64,000 nucleotides of DNA, taken from Gaiellaceae bacterium. GTDB lineage: Bacteria > Actinomycetota > Thermoleophilia > Gaiellales > Gaiellaceae. The stretch is taken from NCBI GenBank assembly GCA_035550275.1, contig DASZPQ010000023.1, forward strand, positions 13,603-77,602. Direction: 5' to 3'. The notes under the pieces were generated by a model. The model saw nothing but the letters and a program-made list of their open reading frames with translations, made no database searches and was not told the DNA's origin. A program made the position numbers and the translations under genes. Shown one piece after another: positions 53,757 to 62,405 of the stretch. Numbering within the stretch: position 1 is the stretch's first letter; every line of letters begins with the position of its first letter.

Positions 53757-54506
53757 GTGCTGACCGCTGAGCGCAGGCAGGCGATCCTCGCGCGGGTCGA
53801 GCGCGAGGGGAGAGTTGTCGCCTCCGAGCTCGTGACGAGCCTCGGGGTCTCCGAGGACACCGTGCGCCGCGATCTGCGTGAGCTCGCCGAGCAAGGGCTC
53901 GTGCAGCGCGTCCACGGTGGAGCGCTTGCCGCCGCGCCCGCGGCCGGCTCGTTTGCGCAGCGGCTCGAGGTCTCGCACGAGGCGAAGGCCGCGCTCGCTG
54001 AGGCGGCGCTGCCCCTGCTGGCGGGCGCTCGGGTGATCGTTCTCGACGGAGGCACGACCACGCTGGAGCTGGCCCGCCGCCTCCCTCTGCTCTACCACGG
54101 GACCGTCGTCACGAACTCGCCGCCCGTCGCCTCGGCGCTGGCAAACCACCCGAAAGCGGAGGTCGTGCTCGTCGGCGGCCGGCTCTTGAAGGACGCGCAG
54201 GTTGCCGTTGGCGCCGCCGCCGTCGAGGCGTTCCAGACGGTGCGAGCCGACATCTGCGTGCTCGGCATCTGCTCGCTGCATCCCGACGTCGGCGTGACGA
54301 CGTCTGACGACGAGGAGGCGCACGTGAAGCGCGCCATGGTCGCCTCGGCCGGCGAGGTGATCGCTCTTGCGACGGCGGACAAGCTCCGCACCGCGAGCCC
54401 GTGGGTCGTCGCCCAGCTTGCGGAGATCGACCACCTGGTCACCGACGGCGACGGTGAGCTGACACGCCCGTATACGAGCGCGGGCATCGACGTCGTGGCC
54501 GTATGA
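53757..54506 (+). CDS. DeoR/GlpR-family transcriptional regulator
   Basis: N-terminal HTH RRQAILARVEREGRVVASELVTSLGVSEDTVRRDLRELAEQGLVQRVHGGA, plus a DeoR C-terminal sensor domain. Confidence 0.9.
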   Translation: MLTAERRQAILARVEREGRVVASELVTSLGVSEDTVRRDLRELAEQGLVQRVHGGALAAAPAAGSFAQRLEVSHEAKAALAEAALPLLAGARVIVLDGGTTTLELARRLPLLYHGTVVTNSPPVASALANHPKAEVVLVGGRLLKDAQVAVGAAAVEAFQTVRADICVLGICSLHPDVGVTTSDDEEAHVKRAMVASAGEVIALATADKLRTASPWVVAQLAEIDHLVTDGDGELTRPYTSAGIDVVAV

Positions 54507-55666
54507 CGCCGCGCCAGGCGACGTTCACGGTCTTCGCGATCAACGGCGCGATGATGGGAACCTGGGTCGCGCACATCCCATGGCTGCAAGACCACCTGGG
54601 GATCTCGAAGGCGACGCTCGGCTTGTGCCTGCTCTGCATGGCGGCGGGAGCGCTGGTCTCGATGCCGCTCACCGGCCACATCCTCGACGGCCGCCCGAGC
54701 GCCTCGGTGACGCGCGCTGCCACGTTGATCTTCTGCCTGATGCTGCCGCTGCCGCTCCTGGCCACAAGCCCTGTCATGCTCGGGGCGATCCTGTTCGTCT
54801 TCGGAGCGAGCGGTGGCGCCATGGACGTCGCGATGAACGCGCACGGCGTCGCCGTCGAACGCGAGCTGGGTAAGCCGATCATGTCGTCGCTGCACGGTGG
54901 CTGGAGTGTGGGCGGGTTCCTCGCGTCAGGTCTGGTGGCGGTCGCCGCCGCCGCAGGACTCGAGCCGCGGCTGGAGAGCCTGTTCGTCGGGATTGCGCTC
55001 TGGGTGGCCGCGCTCTGGATCACGGGGCAGCTTGGAGCTGCGTCGGCGCACTCCGAGGCAGGGCACGGATTCGCGCTGCCCTCTCGTGCCGTGCTCCTGA
55101 TCGGCGGGCTCTGCTTCCTGGCGATGACGACGGAGGGCGCGATCGGCGACTGGAGCGGGATCTACCTCCGCCACGACGCCGGCGCGAGCGCCGCCGCGGC
55201 GGCAACTGCCTTCACCGGCTTCTCCCTCGGGATGGCCGTCGCGCGACTGGGCGGCGATCTGCTGAATCAGCGCCTCGGCGCCGGGCCGCTGATTCGCGGC
55301 GGCATGGCGCTCGTGGCGGTCGCGCTCGGCGGCGTGCTGCTGATCGGCGAGACGGTGCCTGCCGTGCTCGGGTTCGCGATCTGCGGTCTCGGGATCGCGA
55401 ACGCCGTGCCGCTCCTCTTCAGCGCGGCGGGACGGCTCGATCCGCCGGGTCCATCGCTGGCCGCCACCTTCACGATCGGCTACACGGGCTTCATCGTCGG
55501 CCCGCCGCTGATCGGTCTGCTCGCCGATCAGATCGGGCTCCCGAAGACGCTCGGGCTGCTCGTGATCGCGGCGCTCGCGGTCGCCACGTTGGGCGGGCTC
55601 GCGGCGTCGAAGCCGTCGAGCAGCGCGTCCGAGAACGTCAGGCCCGAACGAGAGGTCGTGGTCTAG
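54503..55666 (+). CDS. MFS transporter
   Basis: 387 aa with 12 predicted TM helices. ATGA overlap with the DeoR gene. Confidence 0.85.
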   Translation: MTPRQATFTVFAINGAMMGTWVAHIPWLQDHLGISKATLGLCLLCMAAGALVSMPLTGHILDGRPSASVTRAATLIFCLMLPLPLLATSPVMLGAILFVFGASGGAMDVAMNAHGVAVERELGKPIMSSLHGGWSVGGFLASGLVAVAAAAGLEPRLESLFVGIALWVAALWITGQLGAASAHSEAGHGFALPSRAVLLIGGLCFLAMTTEGAIGDWSGIYLRHDAGASAAAAATAFTGFSLGMAVARLGGDLLNQRLGAGPLIRGGMALVAVALGGVLLIGETVPAVLGFAICGLGIANAVPLLFSAAGRLDPPGPSLAATFTIGYTGFIVGPPLIGLLADQIGLPKTLGLLVIAALAVATLGGLAASKPSSSASENVRPEREVVV

Positions 55667-55783
55667 GAGGGTCGACAGATCACTCCTTCGGGACGCATCC
55701 TGCTCGCTATGGTTGCGGAGTCAATGAAGCGCTCGATTGGGCGCTGCGTTGTCCGAGTACCTGCGGCTTAAAAGGAGCATCTG

Positions 55784-56569
55784 ATGGCTCGTGTTTTTGT
55801 GACTGGTTCCGCCGACGGGCTGGGCTTGATCGCCGCGCGGCTGCTGGCAGATCAAGGCCACGAAGTGGTGTTGCACGCCCGGAACGAACGTCGTGCCGCC
55901 GACGCGTTCGCCGCGGTTCCCAGGGCATCGGCGGTGGTGATCGGCGACCTGTCGACGATTGCCGAGATGCGCGCGGTCGCGAAGGACGCGAACGCCACCG
56001 GCGCCTTCGACGCCGTGATTCATAACGCCGCGGTCGGCTACCGGGAGCAGCGGCGGCTGATCACCCGGGACGGGCTCTGCCACCTGTTCGCGATCAACGT
56101 GCTCGCGCCGTACCTGCTGACCGTGCTGATCGAGCTGCCGCGGCGGCTCATCTACTTGAGCTCGGGGCTGCACCGCAGCGGCAACCCGAGTCTGGACGAC
56201 CTCCAGTGGGCGCAGCGGCCCTGGCACGCGATGCAGGCGTACTCGGACAGCAAGCTGTTCGACGCCGTGCTGGCCGCGGCCGTCGCGCGCTATCAGCCGG
56301 CGGTGTGTTCGAACGCCGTCGAGCCCGGTTGGGTCGCAACCAAGATGGGCGGCCCGAACGCCCCGGACGACCCGACGCTCGGAGCCACCACCCAGGCCTG
56401 GCTTGCCGTCAGCGATGACCCGGAGGCGCTCGTCTCCGGCGGCTACTTCTTTCACCAGCGCCTGAGGGAGACGAGCCCCGCGGTGCACGATCATCAGCTT
56501 CAGGACGGTTTGCTGGCGTATTGCGCCGCCGCCACGGGTGAAGCGCTCCCGTGGGCTGAGCGCAACTAA
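55784..56569 (+). CDS. SDR-family oxidoreductase
   Basis: N-terminal Rossmann motif VFVTGSADGLGLIAARLL, NAAV, and a Y-x3-K context (AYSDSKLF). Confidence 0.85.
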   Translation: MARVFVTGSADGLGLIAARLLADQGHEVVLHARNERRAADAFAAVPRASAVVIGDLSTIAEMRAVAKDANATGAFDAVIHNAAVGYREQRRLITRDGLCHLFAINVLAPYLLTVLIELPRRLIYLSSGLHRSGNPSLDDLQWAQRPWHAMQAYSDSKLFDAVLAAAVARYQPAVCSNAVEPGWVATKMGGPNAPDDPTLGATTQAWLAVSDDPEALVSGGYFFHQRLRETSPAVHDHQLQDGLLAYCAAATGEALPWAERN

Positions 56570-56714
56570 AATCGGGCCGGTGCTTGGCGCTTGGAGGCGA
56601 GAACGTCGGCCTCCGTGGGCAGATCGTCGAAGGAGACTGGACGTGAGGAACGTAGAGATCCAGAGTGGTCATTCAGCTGGTGGGTGAACGCTCGCGTTAG
56701 CTGAAGTCCCTCGT

Positions 56715-57974
56715 ATGCGACCGAGCTTCCTCATCTCCGCATTCCTTGTCGCCCTGATCCTGGGGAGCTTCGCGTCGGCAACCGGCGCCGCAACGTCACC
56801 GCTTGCGGCGAAGCGTGAACAGGCCAAGCAGGTGATTGCTCAGATCGATGCGATCGACGAGCAGCTGAGCGTGATCACCGAGCGCTACGACTCCGCGAAC
56901 GTCGCGCTCACCACGCTGCGCCACCGGGTGACGGCGGAGCGCCGTTCGCTCGCCGCTGCGCAAACGCAGTATCGACTGGCGCAAAAGCAAGAGGCAAGGC
57001 TCCTGTTCGCGCTCTACACAGACCCCCGGCCGTCGGAGCTCGACGTGATTCTCGGCACGACGCGACTGTCCGACTTGCTGGGTGTCTCGCAGGCAGAGAC
57101 CGCGATCAGCCGCGAAGAGACCCGAATCGCGACGGCGGCGACAGTCGCACGACGCAACGTCCAGATCCGGCTGAAAGCCGTGGAGGCCGATCGTGCCGCC
57201 ACGGCGTCCACCGTGCACGAGCTCGGGCAGGAACGCGCTCAGATCGGGCAGGGGCTCGCCCGCCGTCGCGCCCTGCTCTCATCGGTGCAGAGCCAGATCA
57301 GTCAGATCGAAGCGCGCCAGCGGGCTCGCCAGGAGCGGCTCGCAGCAGAAGCCCGGGCGCGACTCGCCGCCCAGCGCGCGCTGCTCCTCCGGCGCGCAGC
57401 CGAGCAGGAGGCGAAGGCTCGTCGCGCGCAAGCCGAAAAGAAGCAGGAAGAGATCGCGGCCCAGCGAGCTGCTGCCGCGACAACCACGACGACAACCGTC
57501 GCGACCACGACGACGTCATCCGCGCAGACAACGACGACACCGGTCACCTCCGTCGCGGGCACGACAACCGACCCGGCAAACACGACCACGCCGACGACGC
57601 CAACGCCCGAGGTGCTGCCCGGCGGCCATCCAGAGGCGGCGACGATCGGCCTTCAGTACATCGGCGTTCCGTACCTCTGGGGCGGGTCGACTCCGAGCGG
57701 TTTCGACTGCTCCGGCCTGGTCAGCTATGTCTTCGCCCAGCTCGGGATCCAGCTTCCGCACTCTGCCGCCGACCAATACGGATACGGCGTCGACGTGCCG
57801 CGTGCCGATCTCCAGCCCGGCGACCTCGTCTTCTTCGACGACCTGAACCACGTCGGCATCTACATCGGCAACAACGAGATCGTGAACGCGCCGGACACCG
57901 GAAGCTTCGTCCGCATCGACAGCCTCTCCGAGCCCTGGTACGCAACGCGGTATGTCGGCGCGCGTCGCGTCTAG
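56715..57974 (+). CDS. NlpC/P60-family peptidoglycan endopeptidase with N-terminal coiled coil (RipA-like architecture)
   Basis: Signal peptide, a long coiled coil, a Thr/Pro linker, then GFDCSGLVSYVF (catalytic Cys) ...HVGIYIG... (His). Confidence 0.9.
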   Translation: MRPSFLISAFLVALILGSFASATGAATSPLAAKREQAKQVIAQIDAIDEQLSVITERYDSANVALTTLRHRVTAERRSLAAAQTQYRLAQKQEARLLFALYTDPRPSELDVILGTTRLSDLLGVSQAETAISREETRIATAATVARRNVQIRLKAVEADRAATASTVHELGQERAQIGQGLARRRALLSSVQSQISQIEARQRARQERLAAEARARLAAQRALLLRRAAEQEAKARRAQAEKKQEEIAAQRAAAATTTTTTVATTTTSSAQTTTTPVTSVAGTTTDPANTTTPTTPTPEVLPGGHPEAATIGLQYIGVPYLWGGSTPSGFDCSGLVSYVFAQLGIQLPHSAADQYGYGVDVPRADLQPGDLVFFDDLNHVGIYIGNNEIVNAPDTGSFVRIDSLSEPWYATRYVGARRV

Positions 57975-58024
57975 GCCCTGCGTGCTGGCCGATGCTTGAT
58001 GCTTGACATCGTGAGCGGGCTGCG

Positions 58025-58053
58025 ATAGATCTTTTTATCTACATATCTAGATA
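58025..58053 (+). promoter_or_regulatory. AT-rich palindromic island (ATAGATCT / TTATCTA / TATCTAGATA); candidate operator or promoter
   Basis: About 75% AT over some 35 bp in a roughly 70% GC genome. Contains the perfect 10-bp palindrome TATCTAGATA at 58044..58053 and four TAGAT/ATCTA half-sites. Lies directly upstream of the SD AAAGGGAG. Confidence 0.35.
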
Positions 58054-58061
58054 AAGGGAGA

Positions 58062-58145
58062 ATGATCGAGTTGCACTTGAAAGCCCCACTCACGGACAGC
58101 GCCGGCGTTGCGCGGGCTCACGCCGTCACGGTGGTGGCGAAATGA
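58062..58145 (+). CDS. 27-codon upstream ORF (MIELHLKAPLTDSAGVARAHAVTVVAK) translationally coupled to the next gene
   Basis: ATG lies 5 nt after AAAGGGAG. Its TGA overlaps ATG 58142 (ATGA). Too short for the ORF track, and no homology is recognisable. Confidence 0.3.
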   Translation: MIELHLKAPLTDSAGVARAHAVTVVAK

Positions 58146-59113
58146 TCTGGGTCGGCTGGCGCCAGCAGCGGCTCGAGACGCTGGTCGCTGCGGCGATGCT
58201 CGTCCTCCTCGCGGCCGTTGCGATCCCGGTGGGCCTGCACATGGCCTCCGTCTACGCGCACGAAGACCTCGGCGCCTGCGCTGCCAATGTGACGCCCGGC
58301 CCGTGCAACGGCTCGGTCGCCTCATTCCTGGTGCGCTTCAGCTCCGTCAACCTGCTGTTCGTCTGGTCGACGCTCGTGCCGGCGCTGGCGGCGATCCTGC
58401 TCGCGGCGCCCTTCGTGCTCGATCTCGACAACGGGACGTACCGTCTCTCCTGGACGCAGAGCATCACGCGACGCCGCTGGGTCGTCACAAAATTGACGCT
58501 CGGACTGCTCGCAACCGTCGTGGTCGCCGGTTGTCTTGCTGCGCTTGCGATGTGGCTGCGTGCGCCGCTCGACCACCTGAACGGCCGCATGGACGCGAAC
58601 GACTACGACGCCGAGGGGATCGTGCCGATCGCTGACGCACTGTTCGTGTTCGGGGTCGCGGTCGCGCTCGGAGCGTTGTGGCGGCGAGCGGTTCCCGCGT
58701 TGCTCGTCTCGTTTGTGGTCTACGTGATCGGGCGGTCGTTCATGGACAGCTTGTTGCGCCAACGGCTGCTCGCCCCCGTCAAGACCACCTGGCTCGAGCG
58801 GAGCGGGGGCGGCCCGAACCTGAACCAGGCCCTGGTGATCAACCAGTTCATCAGCGACAAGAGCGGCCACCGGATCGCGGCCGCGGTCGGGCCATGCATC
58901 AGCTCGTCGTCGTCCAGCGGGCTCCTCACGCAGACGCAGCACGTGTGCGCCCAGCCTCAGGCGCTCGGCGCGCACGTCTACATGACCGCGATCTACCAGC
59001 CGGCGAGCCGTTTCTGGGAGCTCCAGGGTGTGGAGTCCGGCATCGTCGCCGGCCTCGGCGCTCTGCTTGTGCTGCTTGCAGGGTGGTGGACGCACCAGCG
59101 GGTCGCCCGTTAG
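58142..59113 (+). CDS. Polytopic membrane protein (ABC-2-permease-like)
   Basis: The N-terminus MIWVGWRQQRLETLVAAAMLVLLAA resembles actinobacterial ABC-2-type permease subunits. About 6 TM helices with a Cys-containing external loop. No cognate ATPase gene is adjacent. Confidence 0.65.
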   Translation: MIWVGWRQQRLETLVAAAMLVLLAAVAIPVGLHMASVYAHEDLGACAANVTPGPCNGSVASFLVRFSSVNLLFVWSTLVPALAAILLAAPFVLDLDNGTYRLSWTQSITRRRWVVTKLTLGLLATVVVAGCLAALAMWLRAPLDHLNGRMDANDYDAEGIVPIADALFVFGVAVALGALWRRAVPALLVSFVVYVIGRSFMDSLLRQRLLAPVKTTWLERSGGGPNLNQALVINQFISDKSGHRIAAAVGPCISSSSSSGLLTQTQHVCAQPQALGAHVYMTAIYQPASRFWELQGVESGIVAGLGALLVLLAGWWTHQRVAR

Positions 59114-59160
59114 GCCGGCGTTCTCAGTTAGAGACCCGCCCCTGCGGGAATCCTTAGCGT

Positions 59161-60597
59161 ATGAAGAGCATGCTCGAGCGGGAGCGCAAATTTTCGGTGC
59201 CGGCCGGGTTCGAATTGCCCGAGCTCGGCGAGCGGCTGAGGGAGCACACGCTGCGCTCCACGTACTTCGATACCTCCGACTATCGCCTGCTGGAAGCCGG
59301 GGTGACCCTGCGCCACCGGCTCGTCGACGGTGAGCCCGGTGGAGCGTGGCAGCTGAAGCTGCCGTCACAGGGGTTCCGGTCGGAGATCGAGGCTGAAGGC
59401 GATCGAGCCGCGATTCCGGACGAGCTGCGCGAGCTGATTGCCGTCCTCGTGCGCGATCGCGAGCTTGCTCCGGTCGCGACGCTCGTCACCGAGCGCTCCG
59501 GGCGCCTGGCGAGACGCGGCCGCGTGGTCGTGGCCGAAGTGGTTCAGGATCGCGTCACCGTCACGGCAAGCGACCCCACGAGCGGTCCGTTCACGGAAGT
59601 CGAGATCGAGTTACATGAAGCAGGCACTCCGCATGATCTCATCCGGATCGCGCGGCAGCTCCGCGCCGCGGGCGCAGGCGAGAGCGACGGTCGACCGAAG
59701 CTTGCTCGCGCGCTCCAGCTCGATCCTCGGCACCGGGAAGAGCCGGAGAACAGCGCCGGCACCGCCGGCCCGGTGCAGCTTGCGCTCGGAATGCAGCTGC
59801 AGGAGCTGATCCGGCACGATCCGGGCACGAGGCTTGGGCACGACCCTGACGAGCTTCATGACATGCGCGTCGCGGTGCGCCGCCTCCGCGCGATCCTCCG
59901 TGCCGCTCGCTCGGTCTTTCGCGGCACGTTTGCCGGCGAGACGCGAGCAGCGCTCAAGGAGCTCGGAAGCTCGCTCGGCGCTGTCCGTGACCTCGACGTG
60001 CTGATCGCGTACATACGGGCCGAGACGGCCTCTCTCCCGGCAGGCGAGCGCCCGCTGGTCGAGCCGCTCGTCGCCGTGCTCGAAGAAGAGCGAGCAGAGG
60101 CGCGTGTGGCGTTGCTCTCCGCGCTCCGCGATCCAGGCTATTTCGCCCTGCTCGACCGGCTCCAGCTTGCCGTGGGAGGCCGCGAGCTCAGCGGGAAGTC
60201 AGTCTCGCTCCAGAAGGTCGCCCGACGCGAGCATCGCAAGCTCGTGAAAGCCGTTCGCAGGCTCGACCAGAACCCGGCAGACGCGGAGCTGCACCAGATC
60301 CGGATCAAGGCCAAGCACGCCCGCTACGCCGCCGAGTTGGCCGCGACGAGTCATCCGAAGCATGTGCAGGCGTACATCAAGCGAGCGAAGGAGCTGCAGG
60401 ACGTGCTCGGCACCCACCAGGACGCCGTCGTCGCCGAGCGGCGGATCAGCGACGCCGGACGCAAGGCCAAGAAGACCTCGACGGCGCTGGTCGCCGGGCG
60501 GCTCGCACAGCTCCAGGTCGAGCGGCGCAAGCAGGCACGGAAGTCCTTTCCGGACACGTGGCGCGCGCTCGCCGAGCAAGGGGACAAGACGTGGTGA
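59161..60597 (+). CDS. CYTH + CHAD domain protein
   Basis: N-terminal ERERKF (ExExK CYTH signature). C-terminal CHAD helices with HDMRVAVRRLRAILR and HQIRIKAKHARYAAE. Confidence 0.85.
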   Translation: MKSMLERERKFSVPAGFELPELGERLREHTLRSTYFDTSDYRLLEAGVTLRHRLVDGEPGGAWQLKLPSQGFRSEIEAEGDRAAIPDELRELIAVLVRDRELAPVATLVTERSGRLARRGRVVVAEVVQDRVTVTASDPTSGPFTEVEIELHEAGTPHDLIRIARQLRAAGAGESDGRPKLARALQLDPRHREEPENSAGTAGPVQLALGMQLQELIRHDPGTRLGHDPDELHDMRVAVRRLRAILRAARSVFRGTFAGETRAALKELGSSLGAVRDLDVLIAYIRAETASLPAGERPLVEPLVAVLEEERAEARVALLSALRDPGYFALLDRLQLAVGGRELSGKSVSLQKVARREHRKLVKAVRRLDQNPADAELHQIRIKAKHARYAAELAATSHPKHVQAYIKRAKELQDVLGTHQDAVVAERRISDAGRKAKKTSTALVAGRLAQLQVERRKQARKSFPDTWRALAEQGDKTW

Positions 60598-60605
60598 TCG
60601 TCTAG

Positions 60606-62123
60606 ATGGCGCGCAGTCTCGGCACCCCCGTCGATATCGACAGCGCTGGAGAGGGCAGTAACCCAAAGAGACCGCTGGCACTCGGGGAGACACTCGCCGA
60701 TCGCTACGAGCTCAGGGACGCAGCGGCCACCGGTGGGATGTCGAGCGTCTACAAGGCGTACGACCTCTTGCTCGAGCGCTGGGTAGCGCTGAAGGTGCTT
60801 CATCCCCATCTCGCAGAGGACAGCGAGTACGTCACCCGTTTCCGTCGCGAAGCGAGGGCGGTCGCCCAGCTCTCGCACCCGAATATCGTCAACGTGATCG
60901 ACCGCGGCGAAGCGGACGGACGGCACTACATCGTCTACGAGCTCGTCGACGGCGAAGACCTGAGGCACCTGCTCGACCGCGAGGGCCCACTGCCGGCGTC
61001 ACGCGCAATCGAGCTGGCGACGGGAATCGCTGCCGGCCTCGCCTTCGCGCACGAGCACGGGTTCGTGCATCGCGACGTGAAGCCGCAGAACATTCTCATC
61101 ACCTCGACGGGAGAGGTAAAGGTGACCGACTTCGGGATCGCACGCTCACTCGATCCCGAGTCGGGCCTGACCGAGACCGGCACCGTCATCGGCACCGGCG
61201 AGTACCTCTCGCCGGAACAGGCGCAAGGCCTCCCGGTCACGCCCACGGCCGACATCTATGCGCTCGGAGTGGTGGTGTTCGAGCTCCTGGCCGGCGAGGT
61301 GCCGTTCAGGGGCGAGAGCATCGTCACCGTCGCAGCTCGGCACGCGAACGAGCCACCGCCACACCTGCTCGACCGCCGGCCTGACCTGCCGCCACGCCTC
61401 GCCGCTGCCGTCGACCGCGCGCTTGCAAAGAGCCCGGAAGACCGTTTCCCCACGATGGGCGCCTTTGCAGCGGAGCTGCGCCACTCCCTCGACGAACCGC
61501 AGGTCCGCGACGGAGAGCAAACGCTTGTCACTCCGGCGGCGCCAGTCGCATCGAGACCGCGCCGGCATTCTCACGGCCGGCGCATCCCCGCGCTCCTCGT
61601 CGTGCTCGGCTCGGTCGCCGCAGCCGTCGTGATCGCGGTGGCCCTGCTGACGACGGGCGGCCACCCGATCCGGCAACTACGAGGTGGCGCCGCCGCTGCC
61701 ACCGGCTCGGCCGTCACGCTGCAGGGAATCGGAAACGACGATCCGAGCGGGCCGCCCGACACCCATGCCGATACCGCAGGCGCGGCGACCGATGGCAACC
61801 CAAAGACGTTCTGGTACACGCAGATCTACGCGAGCCCGCAGTTCGGCGGCCTGAAGCACGGCCTTGGGCTGAAGCTCGATGCGGGCCGGCAACGCGGGCT
61901 CAAACAGCTGACCGTGACCACGGACACGCCGGGATTCAAAGCGACTGTCCTGGCCGGAAACTCGGCGACCGGCAGCTTCGCCGCCGACTCGGCTAGCCGC
62001 ACCGTCGCAGGTTCGACCACGTTCGCCCTCCGTGGAACGAAGGCCCGCTACTACGTGCTCTGGATCACCAGCCTTCCGCCGGGCGACAAGGCCGACGTCA
62101 ACGAGGTCACGGCACGCGTCTAG
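60606..62123 (+). CDS. Ser/Thr protein kinase with TM segment and extracellular discoidin/galactose-binding-like domain
   Basis: Hanks motifs VALKVL, HRDVKPQNILI, DFGIA and GTGEYLSPEQ. TM segment LLVVLGSVAAAVVIAVALL. The C-terminus NPKTFWYTQIY...YYVLWITSL is typical of F5/8-type-C-like sensor domains. Confidence 0.9.
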   Translation: MARSLGTPVDIDSAGEGSNPKRPLALGETLADRYELRDAAATGGMSSVYKAYDLLLERWVALKVLHPHLAEDSEYVTRFRREARAVAQLSHPNIVNVIDRGEADGRHYIVYELVDGEDLRHLLDREGPLPASRAIELATGIAAGLAFAHEHGFVHRDVKPQNILITSTGEVKVTDFGIARSLDPESGLTETGTVIGTGEYLSPEQAQGLPVTPTADIYALGVVVFELLAGEVPFRGESIVTVAARHANEPPPHLLDRRPDLPPRLAAAVDRALAKSPEDRFPTMGAFAAELRHSLDEPQVRDGEQTLVTPAAPVASRPRRHSHGRRIPALLVVLGSVAAAVVIAVALLTTGGHPIRQLRGGAAAATGSAVTLQGIGNDDPSGPPDTHADTAGAATDGNPKTFWYTQIYASPQFGGLKHGLGLKLDAGRQRGLKQLTVTTDTPGFKATVLAGNSATGSFAADSASRTVAGSTTFALRGTKARYYVLWITSLPPGDKADVNEVTARV

Positions 62124-62138
62124 CTCCGTGGTGGGGAG

Positions 62139-62402
62139 CTACCCGCCGCTGATCGCCGCGACGACGTCGAGGCGGGAACCGTCGCCGACGACGCTTTCGA
62201 GCGCTGCGCGCTCCCCGTCGATATAGACGTGGATGTGGGGCCTCAATTGCGGCCCCGGCTCGAGGAGACGGTCGCCGAGCCCGGGCCAGCGATCGTCCAG
62301 CTCCGCGATCGCGCCCACGACCGTCGATGCGTCGACCTCGACGCGTCGTGGCAGGTCCGGGAAGAGCGAGGTCAGCGTGGGCGGGAGGCGGAGGCTCGCC
62401 AT
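62139..62402 (-). CDS. MoaD/ThiS-family ubiquitin-like small protein (C-terminal GG)
   Basis: 87 aa ending ...VVAAISGG directly before the stop. Beta-grasp-like pattern HVYIDGE. Lies 3 nt downstream of the beta-propeller gene. Confidence 0.75.
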   Translation of the reverse strand: MASLRLPPTLTSLFPDLPRRVEVDASTVVGAIAELDDRWPGLGDRLLEPGPQLRPHIHVYIDGERAALESVVGDGSRLDVVAAISGG

Positions 62403-62405
62403 CCG

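Noticed and set aside
56570-56714. ydaO/c-di-AMP-type riboswitch upstream of the NlpC/P60 hydrolase gene (a common actinobacterial arrangement)
   Set aside because: Some hairpins (GGAGGC...GCCTCC, CAGCT...AGCTG) and an AGCUGAAGUCCCUCGUAUGCG stretch vaguely resemble the 3' part of the motif. The hallmark GGGGA / GGGUGAAUC / CCCGA elements are not present by eye. A covariance-model scan (Rfam RF00379) would be needed; a score above the gathering threshold would reverse this rejection.
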